A DNA stretch of 64,000 nt from an uncultured archaeon (GCA_964622075.1 CAZUMR010000062.1:6886-70885), one strand, 5' to 3'. Shown: positions 1 through 9,447, numbered from the stretch's first letter. Translations and numbers: made by a program. Notes: generated from the letters alone by a model not told the origin.

Positions 1-27
1 AAATGCTCCTTAATGGCCGGTAAATGT

Positions 28-921
28 CTATTTACCAAACCACACCTTTTCAACGAACTTTCTGCACCCTCTGTATCCAAGAGACCTTGCCAGTCTTGCA
101 GCTCTAACCTCATCTATCAGATGAGGAAACCTCTCTTTTTCAGATGGAAGAATTTCCTCCTTGCTCACAACAGTTATGTAAACGAGGGCCTGAGATGCAA
201 GCAACTCACAGTCAACATCAGAGTTTTCAAGCCCGGCTATCTCCCTTATGAAGTATTCTGTTAACTCATTTCCCGGATTTTTGACGTACCTTATTCCGGC
301 CTCTTCAGCAGCCTTATGGACAAGGTTTACGGACTTTACATCAACTTCTCTCAGAGAATCTTTCAGGTATATCTCCATTAGAAAGTGTATCTGTCCAGCC
401 TCTATGGCCATGTTCGTTTCTTCTATTGACGCTATCTTTTCAGCTCTCATTCTGTCTCTCAGAACAAACCTTTCGGCATCAGCTCTTGCAAACTTAATCG
501 TTTTCTCAACAACAAGATCAAAATCTCTGGCCATAAATGCTTCCTGATATTCAAGCAGGGCTCCAGTTGCCTTTTTCTCAGCTTCCAGAACTTTTCTTAC
601 AGTTCTATTTTTTATATACTCATCATAAGTGTTCTCTTCCACTGCTCTGTGAACACCCTCTATTATCTGCAGGTAAGGTTCCACTGCAAGAATTTCAACC
701 TCATCTTTAATTTTTAAGAGTGTTTCAGCTAACTTTTCGGTGTATTTTGGGAATGGTGTATCCATCCACAGTGTGTATTCTCCCGCACTCATCTCCCCGC
801 TGAGCAGTTTTTTTAGCTCCTCAGTTTCCGGCTCCTCAAGCACGAAAAACTTATGTCCTTTAACGGCATTTGCCAGCAAGGGAAGCAGTTCAACTCTGTG
901 AGATGTATATATTATAAGCAT
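28..921 (-). CDS. hypothetical protein, 297 aa, no family recognised
   Basis: Uninterrupted ORF with ATG start and normal local composition. It is divergent from the cytochrome gene. No motif I can name. Confidence 0.5.
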   Translation of the reverse strand: MLIIYTSHRVELLPLLANAVKGHKFFVLEEPETEELKKLLSGEMSAGEYTLWMDTPFPKYTEKLAETLLKIKDEVEILAVEPYLQIIEGVHRAVEENTYDEYIKNRTVRKVLEAEKKATGALLEYQEAFMARDFDLVVEKTIKFARADAERFVLRDRMRAEKIASIEETNMAIEAGQIHFLMEIYLKDSLREVDVKSVNLVHKAAEEAGIRYVKNPGNELTEYFIREIAGLENSDVDCELLASQALVYITVVSKEEILPSEKERFPHLIDEVRAARLARSLGYRGCRKFVEKVWFGK

Positions 922-1090
922 GCATGTGGTCTTGCATAACAGTTAATTACTTTTTAGGTGCTGATGGTGGTGATAATACATATCATGCATCATCGTTTTT
1001 AGGAAATCTTAAATAACCAGTTATTACAAACTCGAAACTGAAAACAACTGAATCGTAAGTAGATAGTTGAAATCTGAAGTGGTGAGGGAA

Positions 1091-1903
1091 ATGAATAGTG
1101 GGAAACTTGTTTTACTGGCAATAGCACTCGTAGCTGTCGGTACTGCTGTAATGCCGCAGACGGTCTCGCTCTTCGCCGGACAGCACTGGTGGTACAACAT
1201 AAGCGGTACCGGTAACCAGGTCCCCTGCCAGAAGTGCCACGCCGACGTGTTCGAGGAGCTCGCCCTGAGCAACTTCCACACCCACTGGAGCGCGAGTGGT
1301 TGGAACGCGTCAGTTCCCGGACAGGCGGACCAGTACGACTGCGCTGCATGTCACAGGAGCAACCTCTCGATACAGTACGCGCTCGTCAACGGGAGCGTGA
1401 CTAACTACCAGCCCGGTAAGCAGGCCCACGCCGCGAGCGTCGTGGCGTGCATGCTCTGCCACCAGATCAACGCCTCCTCCGCGACCTGGGCTCCCGGTTA
1501 CTACGCTGGAGGTTTCAACATAACGTCGTTCGTCAAGGCGGGTATAATTTCACCTTCGCCTTACAACTACTCCAACGCCACTAACAACGGCCTTCAGGCG
1601 GCGCACAACGCCTTCATAGCGATGGCCATAAAGAACAAGACGTTCCCCGACTCGACCGAGGCCTGCGTGGCCTGCCACACCCACGTGGCCGTTAAGATAG
1701 TTTGGCACCACAAGAGGAGCTTGGAGTTCGACGTCAACATAACCAACCCGGTCACGCTCTCTAACGGAGTGCACAACTGGACGATATCCGACTGGTCCGT
1801 TAACGGAACGGCTACTGCCATAAGCTGGGGTAACACGACTGGTACCGGTAACACGAGCTACTGGAGCGGATGGCCGGGCAACGTTAGCAACATATACTCC
1901 TAA
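1091..1903 (+). CDS. secreted tetraheme c-type cytochrome, heavily sequon-decorated (candidate extracellular cytochrome filament subunit)
   Basis: Four CXXCH motifs (CQKCH, CAACH, CMLCH, CVACH). N-terminal hydrophobic segment KLVLLAIALVAVGTAV. 15 N-X-S/T sequons. GGTGAGG Shine-Dalgarno 5 nt before the ATG at 1091 (the ORF track starts at 1067). Confidence 0.85.
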   Translation: MNSGKLVLLAIALVAVGTAVMPQTVSLFAGQHWWYNISGTGNQVPCQKCHADVFEELALSNFHTHWSASGWNASVPGQADQYDCAACHRSNLSIQYALVNGSVTNYQPGKQAHAASVVACMLCHQINASSATWAPGYYAGGFNITSFVKAGIISPSPYNYSNATNNGLQAAHNAFIAMAIKNKTFPDSTEACVACHTHVAVKIVWHHKRSLEFDVNITNPVTLSNGVHNWTISDWSVNGTATAISWGNTTGTGNTSYWSGWPGNVSNIYS

Positions 1904-2003
1904 AAATTTAATTTTATTTTTTGTTTTTTAATTATTCGTTATCCATTCTCCGATCACACAACATCGCGCTAAGTTTATCATCCATCTGCCCACTTTTTGG
2001 GTT

Positions 2004-3044
2004 ATGCAGGTTTACAGGATTGTTAAAGGGGAAATGCCAGAGATTGAAAGTGTTGTAAAAAGACTGAAAGAAAAACCAGTCTTCATGTTCTGTATTGGCA
2101 ACACGCTGACTGCAAACATACCGGATATAACTGTGGCAGGAGCAAATCCCGATCTCGTAAAGTACACACCTCCTGCTGATGTGGAACTTCTGCATTACGG
2201 AAAGTGCAGAATAATACCATTCCCGCCAGCAACTCCAGATGGCAAACCCACTCCGGCCCTTATAACTTACACGTCTCTCAGGCTGACTGGTATCCCGTTT
2301 TTTGCAGTGGATTGTGGTTTAATTGAGAAACCCGATGTACCTCTAATTGACATTCATGCTGTTACGGGTGAGAACATAGCTGAAAAGGATGCAATGGACA
2401 TCGAAGTGGCAAGAAAAGCATTTGAAAAATCCGTAGAGCTTGGAAGGCATATGTCTAAAATTTCTGATGTTCTGGTTATTGGGGAAAGTATTCCTGCTGG
2501 AACAACCACTGCTGGGGCTGTTTTGAAGGCTCTGGGGCTTGAATGCAGGGTTTCATCAAGTATGCCTGAAAATCCCGTGGAGCTGAAGAGAAAGGTGATA
2601 GATAAAGCCATTAGCAGGTTGAAGGGAGATGAGACACCTCTGGAGATAGTGGCAAAGGTTGGAGATCCGGTCATTCTTGCTGTGGCTGGAATAGCGTGTG
2701 GCAGTGAAACTCCCATAATTCTTGCCGGGGGAACTCAGATGGTAGCCGTTGCAAATGTCATCTCAAAACTCGGGTTTGATGGAGACTGTATAATAGTCAC
2801 AACGAAGTACGTTGCAGAAGATCCAAGTGCGGATTTAACACAGTCACCATTTCCGGTTATTGCCGTGGATCCCGTGCTTGAAAAATCAGGTAAAGCGGGT
2901 TTGAGGGCGTATGCTGATGGTTTCGTTAAGGAAGGTGTTGGAGCGGGTGCGGCAACGTTAATAGCTTACGTCAGAGGTTTTGAGCCAGAGAATTTCCTTG
3001 CAGAGCTGGAGAAAGATTACGAGAAGATTGTGGAGCAGGGGTGA
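2004..3044 (+). CDS. UPF0284 / archaeal CobT-like phosphoribosyltransferase family protein
   Basis: 346 aa. Motifs GESIPAGTTTA and ILAGGTQM are typical of the archaeal CobT-like (TIGR00303-type) family as I recall it. Confidence 0.65.
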   Translation: MQVYRIVKGEMPEIESVVKRLKEKPVFMFCIGNTLTANIPDITVAGANPDLVKYTPPADVELLHYGKCRIIPFPPATPDGKPTPALITYTSLRLTGIPFFAVDCGLIEKPDVPLIDIHAVTGENIAEKDAMDIEVARKAFEKSVELGRHMSKISDVLVIGESIPAGTTTAGAVLKALGLECRVSSSMPENPVELKRKVIDKAISRLKGDETPLEIVAKVGDPVILAVAGIACGSETPIILAGGTQMVAVANVISKLGFDGDCIIVTTKYVAEDPSADLTQSPFPVIAVDPVLEKSGKAGLRAYADGFVKEGVGAGAATLIAYVRGFEPENFLAELEKDYEKIVEQG

Positions 3045-3766
3045 AGGTGTTGTTCAGGGTAATTCCTGCTGTTGACCTGAAGGATGGTAAATGTGTACAA
3101 CTACAGCAGGGAGAAGCAAGCAGAGTTCTTGTGGAGCTTGACAACCCTGTAACAGTCGCTCTTAGGTGGGTGAAGGAAGGGGCAAGAGTTTTGCATGTGG
3201 TGGATCTGAGCGGTGCATTTGGAGGAAAACTTTTCCACGAGAGAATTATACTGGACATAAAAGAGAAAACGGGAGCAGAATTGCAGGTGGGTGGAGGTAT
3301 AAGAAGTACAGATGTTGCGGAGAGGTTAATAGAAAAGGGTATTGACAGGGTTATACTGGGAACTCTCGCATTCAAAGACATCGGGGCTGTGAAGTCTCTT
3401 GCAAAAAAGTATCCTGAGAGGGTAATGATTGCCGTGGATTCGAGGGGTGGGAGAGTAGTCGTTAACGGCTGGAGGGTGAAGACGGAGTTGTCTCCTGTAG
3501 AGCTTGCCAAACTTTACAAGGACTGTGATGTCTCTGTTCTTTACACGAACGTTGATGTAGAGGGTCTTATGAGAGGTATCAACGTCCGGGCTGTTGAAGA
3601 AATCGTGAAATCAGTTGATCTGCCAGTTTACGTTGCTGGAGGAATATCAAGCTTGGATGATGTGAGGGCAATCAGGGAAGCGGGAGCTGCTGGTGTTGTT
3701 GTGGGCTCAGCAATATATACTGGTAGATTGAACCTCAAAGACGCTCTTGCTCTCGAGAGTTACTGA
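3041..3766 (+). CDS. hisA: ProFAR isomerase (histidine biosynthesis HisA)
   Basis: N-terminal VIPAVDLKDGKCVQLQQG. (beta/alpha)8-type GGGIRS and VGSAIY motifs. GTGA start/stop overlap with the upstream gene. Confidence 0.85.
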   Translation: MKVLFRVIPAVDLKDGKCVQLQQGEASRVLVELDNPVTVALRWVKEGARVLHVVDLSGAFGGKLFHERIILDIKEKTGAELQVGGGIRSTDVAERLIEKGIDRVILGTLAFKDIGAVKSLAKKYPERVMIAVDSRGGRVVVNGWRVKTELSPVELAKLYKDCDVSVLYTNVDVEGLMRGINVRAVEEIVKSVDLPVYVAGGISSLDDVRAIREAGAAGVVVGSAIYTGRLNLKDALALESY

Positions 3767-3805
3767 GAACCATGTGTTTATTTAAATATTCATTAAAGTT
3801 TGTTC

Positions 3806-4378
3806 TTAAAGTTTTATTCTTATACCCATCATCTCAAGTTTCCTCTTACAAACATCACAGTACATCCAGTCCTTTAAATCTGTGTCCATTACTGAATTTG
3901 AAAAGTGCATAACGCATCTTGGATTTCTGCAGTGTTCAAGACCAAAAACGTGACCGAGTTCGTGCATAACCTCTTTTAAAGTCCTGATTTTCAGCATTCT
4001 ATCCGCATCTGCCCGATTATAAATTCCGTAAAATTTCGTTCCATACGGTCTCAGCCTTGCTATCGATACTATGGCCCTTTTACCTCCAAGCTCAGCTTCT
4101 CCAAATACAAAATTCAGACCATTTGCGTATAGATCAGCATCTGTGATGCCAATAGTGACGTCACATCTGGCTGGTAATCTTTTGAGAATCTCTGTGGAAT
4201 TGAACTGATTTCTGGCGGGATTGTATGCGGAAACAGGGATTTCCATTGCTTTTTCGACCCTTACAATTGCGTAAAATACCTCCGACAGAACATCTTTTAT
4301 GAAGAAAATCAGATCTCTTAAATCCTCTCCAGCCTCTCCAACCGGAACTATACAGATCTCCATTTTCTGGTATTCCAT
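3806..4378 (-). CDS. amzA: archaemetzincin (zinc metalloprotease)
   Basis: HELGHVFGLEHC zinc motif followed by a Cys cluster (CVMHF...CDVC). Alternative start at Met6 (4363). Confidence 0.85.
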   Translation of the reverse strand: MEYQKMEICIVPVGEAGEDLRDLIFFIKDVLSEVFYAIVRVEKAMEIPVSAYNPARNQFNSTEILKRLPARCDVTIGITDADLYANGLNFVFGEAELGGKRAIVSIARLRPYGTKFYGIYNRADADRMLKIRTLKEVMHELGHVFGLEHCRNPRCVMHFSNSVMDTDLKDWMYCDVCKRKLEMMGIRIKL

Positions 4379-4499
4379 ACTTTCTGCATTTTTGCTTTGC
4401 TGATACGTTGCTCAAAAGGTAAACATGATCAGCACAAAAAACTGATGCTGGGAAACATTAAAATAGTATGGAAAAATGGGGGTAAAAAGGAAATCTTAG

Positions 4500-4865
4500 G
4501 TGTCGAAAATGGTATCGGAAGATGTTAAGGAAAAAGCACTTGCTCTTGCAAGTGCAATACTGGAATCTGAAGAATATAAGGACTTTCTGGAAAAGGAGAA
4601 CGTTTTGAAGCAGGACGAGGAAGCGCAGAAACTTCTTGCAGTATTTCAGGAGAAGCAGAGAGAGTTTATGGCCATGCAGCTGAGTGGGGAAATGAACGAG
4701 GCTCTTGTAAACGAATTGAGCGAAATTCAAAAGAAGCTTAACAGTATGGAGAGTGTTGTCAGTTTCATAGACTCTTATCAGAAGTTCGTGAACATGCTGG
4801 GTGAAGTTGGCGACATAATCAGTCAGGAAATTCAGTTCGACTTTGGTGAGGCTTACAGAGGTTAA
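4500..4865 (+). CDS. YlbF/YmcA-like (Com_YlbF family) helical protein
   Basis: 121 aa helical protein. The pattern SEEY...DEEAQ...F...Q resembles YlbF-family proteins. GTG start, alternative ATG at 4509. Confidence 0.45.
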   Translation: MSKMVSEDVKEKALALASAILESEEYKDFLEKENVLKQDEEAQKLLAVFQEKQREFMAMQLSGEMNEALVNELSEIQKKLNSMESVVSFIDSYQKFVNMLGEVGDIISQEIQFDFGEAYRG

Positions 4866-5007
4866 AGTAATACAGAGGTCTGGAATTTTTGGATTTTAAG
4901 GCTGGATTTTAGGCCAATTATTTTTTGCTGACAATTTTTTTGTCCTGCTTTGCACTTTCATTTCTGCACATTCATTCAAGCAACTGTTCTCGCATGGAGC
5001 GCAACGG

Positions 5008-5014
5008 TTATATA
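5008..5014 (+). promoter_or_regulatory. TATA box for tRNA-Gly
   Basis: TTATATA sits about 25-31 nt upstream of the mature tRNA 5' end. Confidence 0.5.
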
Positions 5015-5038
5015 GCGTCTTAAGTGATAATCCTAAGA

Positions 5039-5112
5039 GCGCCGGTGGTGTAGTCTGGCTAACACAGGGGCCTGCCACGCCCCCGCCCCGGGTTCAAATC
5101 CCGGCCGGCGCA
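5039..5112 (+). tRNA. tRNA-Gly (anticodon GCC)
   Basis: Manual cloverleaf: acceptor gcgccgg/ccggcgc, anticodon stem ggggc/gcccc, loop ctGCCac, T arm ccggg-ttcaaat-cccgg. No encoded CCA. Confidence 0.9.
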
Positions 5113-5263
5113 TTTCAATTTTCAAATTTTCAGACCGGCAGTTATTTATACTACGCTCCGGTTAACTGTGCAGCCGCGAAATGTCTGGATGTCTGATGGG
5201 TAAGTAGTGTGGGGAGAGTAGGAAAAGAAAGGATTAAGTGTTAAAGGTGAAGGAGGTCAGAAA

Positions 5264-5413
5264 ATGGCAAGATTTCCGGAAGCTGAAGCAAGACTGTTTA
5301 GGGTCAAGATATGCATGAGGTGTAATGCGAGAAACCCCATGAAGGCAAAAACCTGCAGGAAGTGTGGTTACAAAGGTCTCAGGCCAAAGTCCAAGGAGAG
5401 GAGAGGCAAGTAA
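5264..5413 (+). CDS. rpl40e: 50S ribosomal protein L40e
   Basis: 49-aa ORF missed by the ORF track: [49 protein letters not shown]. Zinc-ribbon CxxC...CxxC. GGAGG Shine-Dalgarno upstream. Confidence 0.9.
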   Translation: MARFPEAEARLFRVKICMRCNARNPMKAKTCRKCGYKGLRPKSKERRGK

Positions 5414-5597
5414 TTTTTAATATTTTGCTTTTATTATTGCTATTTTTCGACTTTCGAATCCGAATTTTGGTTTTTTATTTAAACTGCTTAATATTTACCT
5501 GTATATTTCTGAACATAGTAGTGATCATAATTCGATAAAATCCAAATCGTTAAATACCCTTGGAAATTAACCTTTGACTGGTTCTGGAGATGATATA

Positions 5598-7106
5598 ATG
5601 AAGTCGAAAATGAATAAGAGGGCCGTATCTCCAGTAGTGGGGATGGTTCTCGTTCTTGCAATTATAGCGGGAGTTATGAGTATCATTCAAACCCAGTACA
5701 TTCCGAGGTGGGATTATCAAAAAGAGGCTCAAAGTTACAATACATTACTTTCTGAAATGAAAGAAATACCTGCCATGCTCACGACTTCCCAGTCTTCAAC
5801 TGCCGTTAAAATAGATGCCGGAACGAGCTATCCGCAGTATCCCTTCCTCGTCAACCTGAAATCGAGTTATGGAGTAATCAAAATAGTGCCTGAGAACGTG
5901 AGCGTTAGCTATACGGTCTTTGGTAAAAAGGTTAAGGAAAATTACACATCTTCTGCCATAATTGTGAGACCATACTACCTGTATCTACCTCAGGTCAATG
6001 TAACTTACGAGCACGGTGCTGTGATTGTTTACGGAAAGAACTATGCTAAACCTGTTGTGCTGAGTCAGGTAGCTTTTTCAAAGGATTCCATATCTCTTCC
6101 GGTTGTGGAATCAAACAACTTCTCTGCTGCTGCAAGAACTTTCGTACTGCACTTTTACCTGATCAGCAGGGGTGAGGGCAATCAGGTTTCCAACCTCACT
6201 ATAACATTTCAGACAAAGTATCCAAAGCTGTGGAGCGACATTCTGTCGAGGATATATGGTAGTGGTGTGAGTGTATCTGGGGATACTGTTACTCTCCACA
6301 TATCTGGGCCAGTAACTCTTTCGATATCGGCATGGAACACTTACGCTCAGCCTGTTGGAACAGCTGTTAGCAGGAGGTACGTTTCAGCTGTGATAGCTGT
6401 TCCGGAGAAAGTATTCCTGAACCCCGGACAGAGAAGTGAAGTAAACGTTCAGCTGCTTGACAGATACGGAAATCCAATAACAAACGCAAGTGTGGAAGTG
6501 ACTGTTGACAATGCCAGCGTCTGCAAGTTATTCGTCAACAACAGCCTGTCTGATAGGGGCAGGTTTACAACTTCTATCGATGGTGTGGCAAACATATTCG
6601 TTGAGGCCTTAAACGCTGGAAAAACCCAGATTAAGATAACAACGCCGGTGCCTGCCATCAACGGTGGCAGGAATACAACAGTGATTACTGTAAATGTAAC
6701 AAAGTTACAGACATCTCCTGAGTCCTACACAATTGACATAGTCCATGCAAATGCCTCTCTGAGCGGGTACTACTATGTTGGACGTTGTTGCTGTTGGAGA
6801 AGTTACTACGATGTCTATACGTACGACATCCTAGTCAAATTGATGCTCAATGGAAAGGAACAGAGCAACACTCCGGTAAACTTCTACTTTGTGGACTCGA
6901 ACGGCAACTACCTGTTCATGGACACATCATTCACGAACTCTACAGGTTATGCGAGGTTGATAACGACTGTCGGCGTTTCTACAGAACAGCCCTCTAATAC
7001 CGCCTACTATATAACCCCTCAGAGACTCCTCAGCGAAAAGCCGTACAAGGTAATAGTTACTGCCGGAGCGGCAACGAACAGTACATTGATAAATTACATA
7101 TCCTAA
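5598..7106 (+). CDS. large archaeal type IV pilin-like surface protein with Ig-like domains
   Basis: Class III signal-peptide-like N-terminus (NKRAVSPVVGMVLVLAIIAGVM). Ig-like repeat (VNVQLLDRYGNPITNASVEVTV). Many sequons. ATG at 5598 preferred over the TTG at 5574. Confidence 0.65.
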   Translation: MKSKMNKRAVSPVVGMVLVLAIIAGVMSIIQTQYIPRWDYQKEAQSYNTLLSEMKEIPAMLTTSQSSTAVKIDAGTSYPQYPFLVNLKSSYGVIKIVPENVSVSYTVFGKKVKENYTSSAIIVRPYYLYLPQVNVTYEHGAVIVYGKNYAKPVVLSQVAFSKDSISLPVVESNNFSAAARTFVLHFYLISRGEGNQVSNLTITFQTKYPKLWSDILSRIYGSGVSVSGDTVTLHISGPVTLSISAWNTYAQPVGTAVSRRYVSAVIAVPEKVFLNPGQRSEVNVQLLDRYGNPITNASVEVTVDNASVCKLFVNNSLSDRGRFTTSIDGVANIFVEALNAGKTQIKITTPVPAINGGRNTTVITVNVTKLQTSPESYTIDIVHANASLSGYYYVGRCCCWRSYYDVYTYDILVKLMLNGKEQSNTPVNFYFVDSNGNYLFMDTSFTNSTGYARLITTVGVSTEQPSNTAYYITPQRLLSEKPYKVIVTAGAATNSTLINYIS

Positions 7107-7152
7107 CTTTTAACTTTTTATTGAAAAATTAAAATTAAAAAATGAATTAATT

Positions 7153-8013
7153 TTAAAAAACGGATCCTCCTGAGTTCTTGCCCTTGTTTGGCACAGGTAC
7201 AAACTCAACTCCCTGTCTCTGCATCATTGGCTGAGGGTACAGATCCATAAGCCTGTAAACTTCTTCAGGTACATCTGTCGAAACGGGCAATCCCAACTCC
7301 TTAGCTATCTCCACAGTTATCGGGTAATCGTGAGTCCATCTGCCCTCTGTCATGATTTCTGCTACCTCTCTTGCCTTTTTCTCTCCCATTCTATCCTTCA
7401 AGAGCTCGAATACAAAATCTCTTACCTGTTTTATTGCCTTTTCAGCGACATCAGCGAGAATCAGCGTTTCATCGTCAACCTTGTTCGGATCCTTTGATTT
7501 TACAGCCTTTACTATGGATGGGGCTGGATAGTTCATCAGTTGTGGATCTACCGGGCCGAGCACGGCATTTGGATCCATAACTATTTCGTCAGCAGCAAGA
7601 GCAATCAGGGTTCCACCGCTCATGGCGTAGTGGGGAACTATAACTGTTGTTTTGGCCTTGTGAGATTTTATTGCCTTGGCTATCTGGCTCGCTGCTAAAA
7701 CAAGCCCTCCCGGTGTGTGCAGAATCAGGTCTATTGGTTTGTCCGGAGGTGTGCTCCTTATAGCTCTAAGGACTTGCTCCGAATCCTCGACATTTATAAA
7801 TCGGTAAAACGGTATTCCAAACAGACCTATGTTCTCCTGTCTGTGTATCATTGTAATTACGTTGCTGCCCCTCTTTTTGCCAAGTCTCATCATCACGTTC
7901 CTTCTTGCAGCCTCAAGTTGCTTGTACCTTATCTGTGGCATGAGAAATATCCATAGCAGGAGTATCCACCACAGGGAGTTGAATAGCCCGGACACGTCCT
8001 GTGTGTAGCTCAT
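7153..8013 (-). CDS. ClpP-fold serine protease, SDH/DUF114 family, membrane anchored
   Basis: Motifs LILHTPGG and HYAMSGGTLIALAADE. The ATG at 8013 has a TATA-like GATAAATAC about 30 nt upstream, so the longer track ORF (to 8115) is unlikely. Confidence 0.7.
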   Translation of the reverse strand: MSYTQDVSGLFNSLWWILLLWIFLMPQIRYKQLEAARRNVMMRLGKKRGSNVITMIHRQENIGLFGIPFYRFINVEDSEQVLRAIRSTPPDKPIDLILHTPGGLVLAASQIAKAIKSHKAKTTVIVPHYAMSGGTLIALAADEIVMDPNAVLGPVDPQLMNYPAPSIVKAVKSKDPNKVDDETLILADVAEKAIKQVRDFVFELLKDRMGEKKAREVAEIMTEGRWTHDYPITVEIAKELGLPVSTDVPEEVYRLMDLYPQPMMQRQGVEFVPVPNKGKNSGGSVF

Positions 8014-8184
8014 TCTACGGTTTCTGGGCAAAGTAGTATTTATCTCTGATGTGTACTGAAGATGAGTTCTGAAAGTTGAGTTCTGAAAATTGACTTCGAA
8101 AAATTTAAATACCAAATTATACTAACATTAGGTTAGGAAAATCAGGTTAAGTCGATTAACCTGACATTAGGGGAGGTGATAGCC

Positions 8185-8616
8185 ATGATACCGGACCCGT
8201 TTGAGGAGTTAAGGAGAATTCAGAGCAGAATTAACAGAATATTTGAAGAATTCGAGAAGTTTGGAGACGTCAGAGCTCTCAGAAATGTAATCCCGGAGTT
8301 ATCGACTCCAGCAGATGTAATCGATGAGGGAGACAGGGTGAGGGTTGTAATCGACCTTCCAGGATTCAACAAGGAGGACATTGAGATATACGCTGAGGGA
8401 AATGACCTCGTTGTAAGAGCGGTCAGAAAGGAAGAGGAGGAAGAGAAGAAGGGCAACTACCTGAGAAGAGAGAGAAGATACGGAGAAGTTTACAGGAGAA
8501 TTCCTCTCCCAGAAGGACTTGAAATCGACAAGGCAAAGGCGAACTACAACAATGGAGTGCTTGAAATTGTAATACCAAGAAGTGAAAAGGCAAGGAAGAA
8601 AATAGAGCTGAGTTAA
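8185..8616 (+). CDS. hsp20: small heat shock protein, Hsp20/alpha-crystallin family
   Basis: Alpha-crystallin domain (PADVIDEGDRVRVVIDLPGF...YNNGVLEIVIPR). GGGGAGGTGA Shine-Dalgarno before the ATG at 8185. Confidence 0.9.
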   Translation: MIPDPFEELRRIQSRINRIFEEFEKFGDVRALRNVIPELSTPADVIDEGDRVRVVIDLPGFNKEDIEIYAEGNDLVVRAVRKEEEEEKKGNYLRRERRYGEVYRRIPLPEGLEIDKAKANYNNGVLEIVIPRSEKARKKIELS

Positions 8617-8724
8617 ACGGCTAAAACAACTAAAACAGCTAAAAACTGCTGAAATAGCGGAATAAGTATTGTAAATAGATGGTGAAATAAAAAGGCTTTT
8701 CTATTTTTCCATCATCTGATTTTT

Positions 8725-9447
8725 ATGAGCTTTCCGGAGCTTGAGTTTGGTTGTCTCAGGAAGAAGCCCGATGTGAGGATGCTGGTGGATTTAAAGCCTG
8801 TCCTCTTAGAACCGGACAGGATTGGAGAAAACATTCCGGCTTACTTTATGTACAGAGATTTATATGAAAATGAAGATGATAGAAAGAAAATAATTGAAAG
8901 AGGTCTCAGGTATGATATAACAGTAATTCCTCCGGCCAAGGTGGGCAGGGAGTACATCAAAACTTTCGGGCATTACCATCCAGAGGCAAAAAACGATATG
9001 AGCTACACTGAAATTTACGAGGTTCTGGAAGGTGAGGCTGTATATCTTCTTCAGAAAAGAGGTGGAGAGGATAACGTAATTGAAGACGTTATTGCCGTTT
9101 ACGCGAAGGAAGGCGATAAGGTTGTAATTCCACCAAATTACGGGCACGTAACAATAAATCCATCTGAAAAAACTCTGAAAATGGCTAACTGGGTTTGCAG
9201 GAATTTTTCTTCAATATACGAACCTTACGAAAAGCTCAGGGGGGCGTGCTATTATCTGACAGACAGGGGATGGGTGAAAAATGAGAATTACAGATGCCCG
9301 GAACTGAAGAAAGTAAAAGCCAGAATTCCTGACTGGCTTGGATTGTCAAGAAAGGAAAACATGTACAGTCTTGTTGAAGATCTGGACAGGCTTGATTTTC
9401 TTAAAGATCCTGAACTCGTTGAATATGATGTGTTCGAGGACATTTAA
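8725..9447 (+). CDS. pgiA: cupin-type glucose-6-phosphate isomerase
   Basis: Cupin metal motif TFGHYHP...E and YGHVTIN, as in Pyrococcus/Archaeoglobus cPGI. Size about 240 aa. Confidence 0.75.
   Translation: MSFPELEFGCLRKKPDVRMLVDLKPVLLEPDRIGENIPAYFMYRDLYENEDDRKKIIERGLRYDITVIPPAKVGREYIKTFGHYHPEAKNDMSYTEIYEVLEGEAVYLLQKRGGEDNVIEDVIAVYAKEGDKVVIPPNYGHVTINPSEKTLKMANWVCRNFSSIYEPYEKLRGACYYLTDRGWVKNENYRCPELKKVKARIPDWLGLSRKENMYSLVEDLDRLDFLKDPELVEYDVFEDI

Noticed and set aside
1550-1854. Antisense ORFs within the cytochrome gene
   Set aside because: GC-rich coding DNA generates long stop-free antisense frames. The sense frame carries four CXXCH motifs and a signal peptide.
5085-5105. The shared GGGTTCAAATCCCGG segment in tRNA-Gly (5039-5112) and tRNA-Thr (33234-33306) as possible att-site duplication
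   Set aside because: This is just the conserved T-arm of two different, complete tRNAs. No partial tRNA copy was seen at the islet borders.
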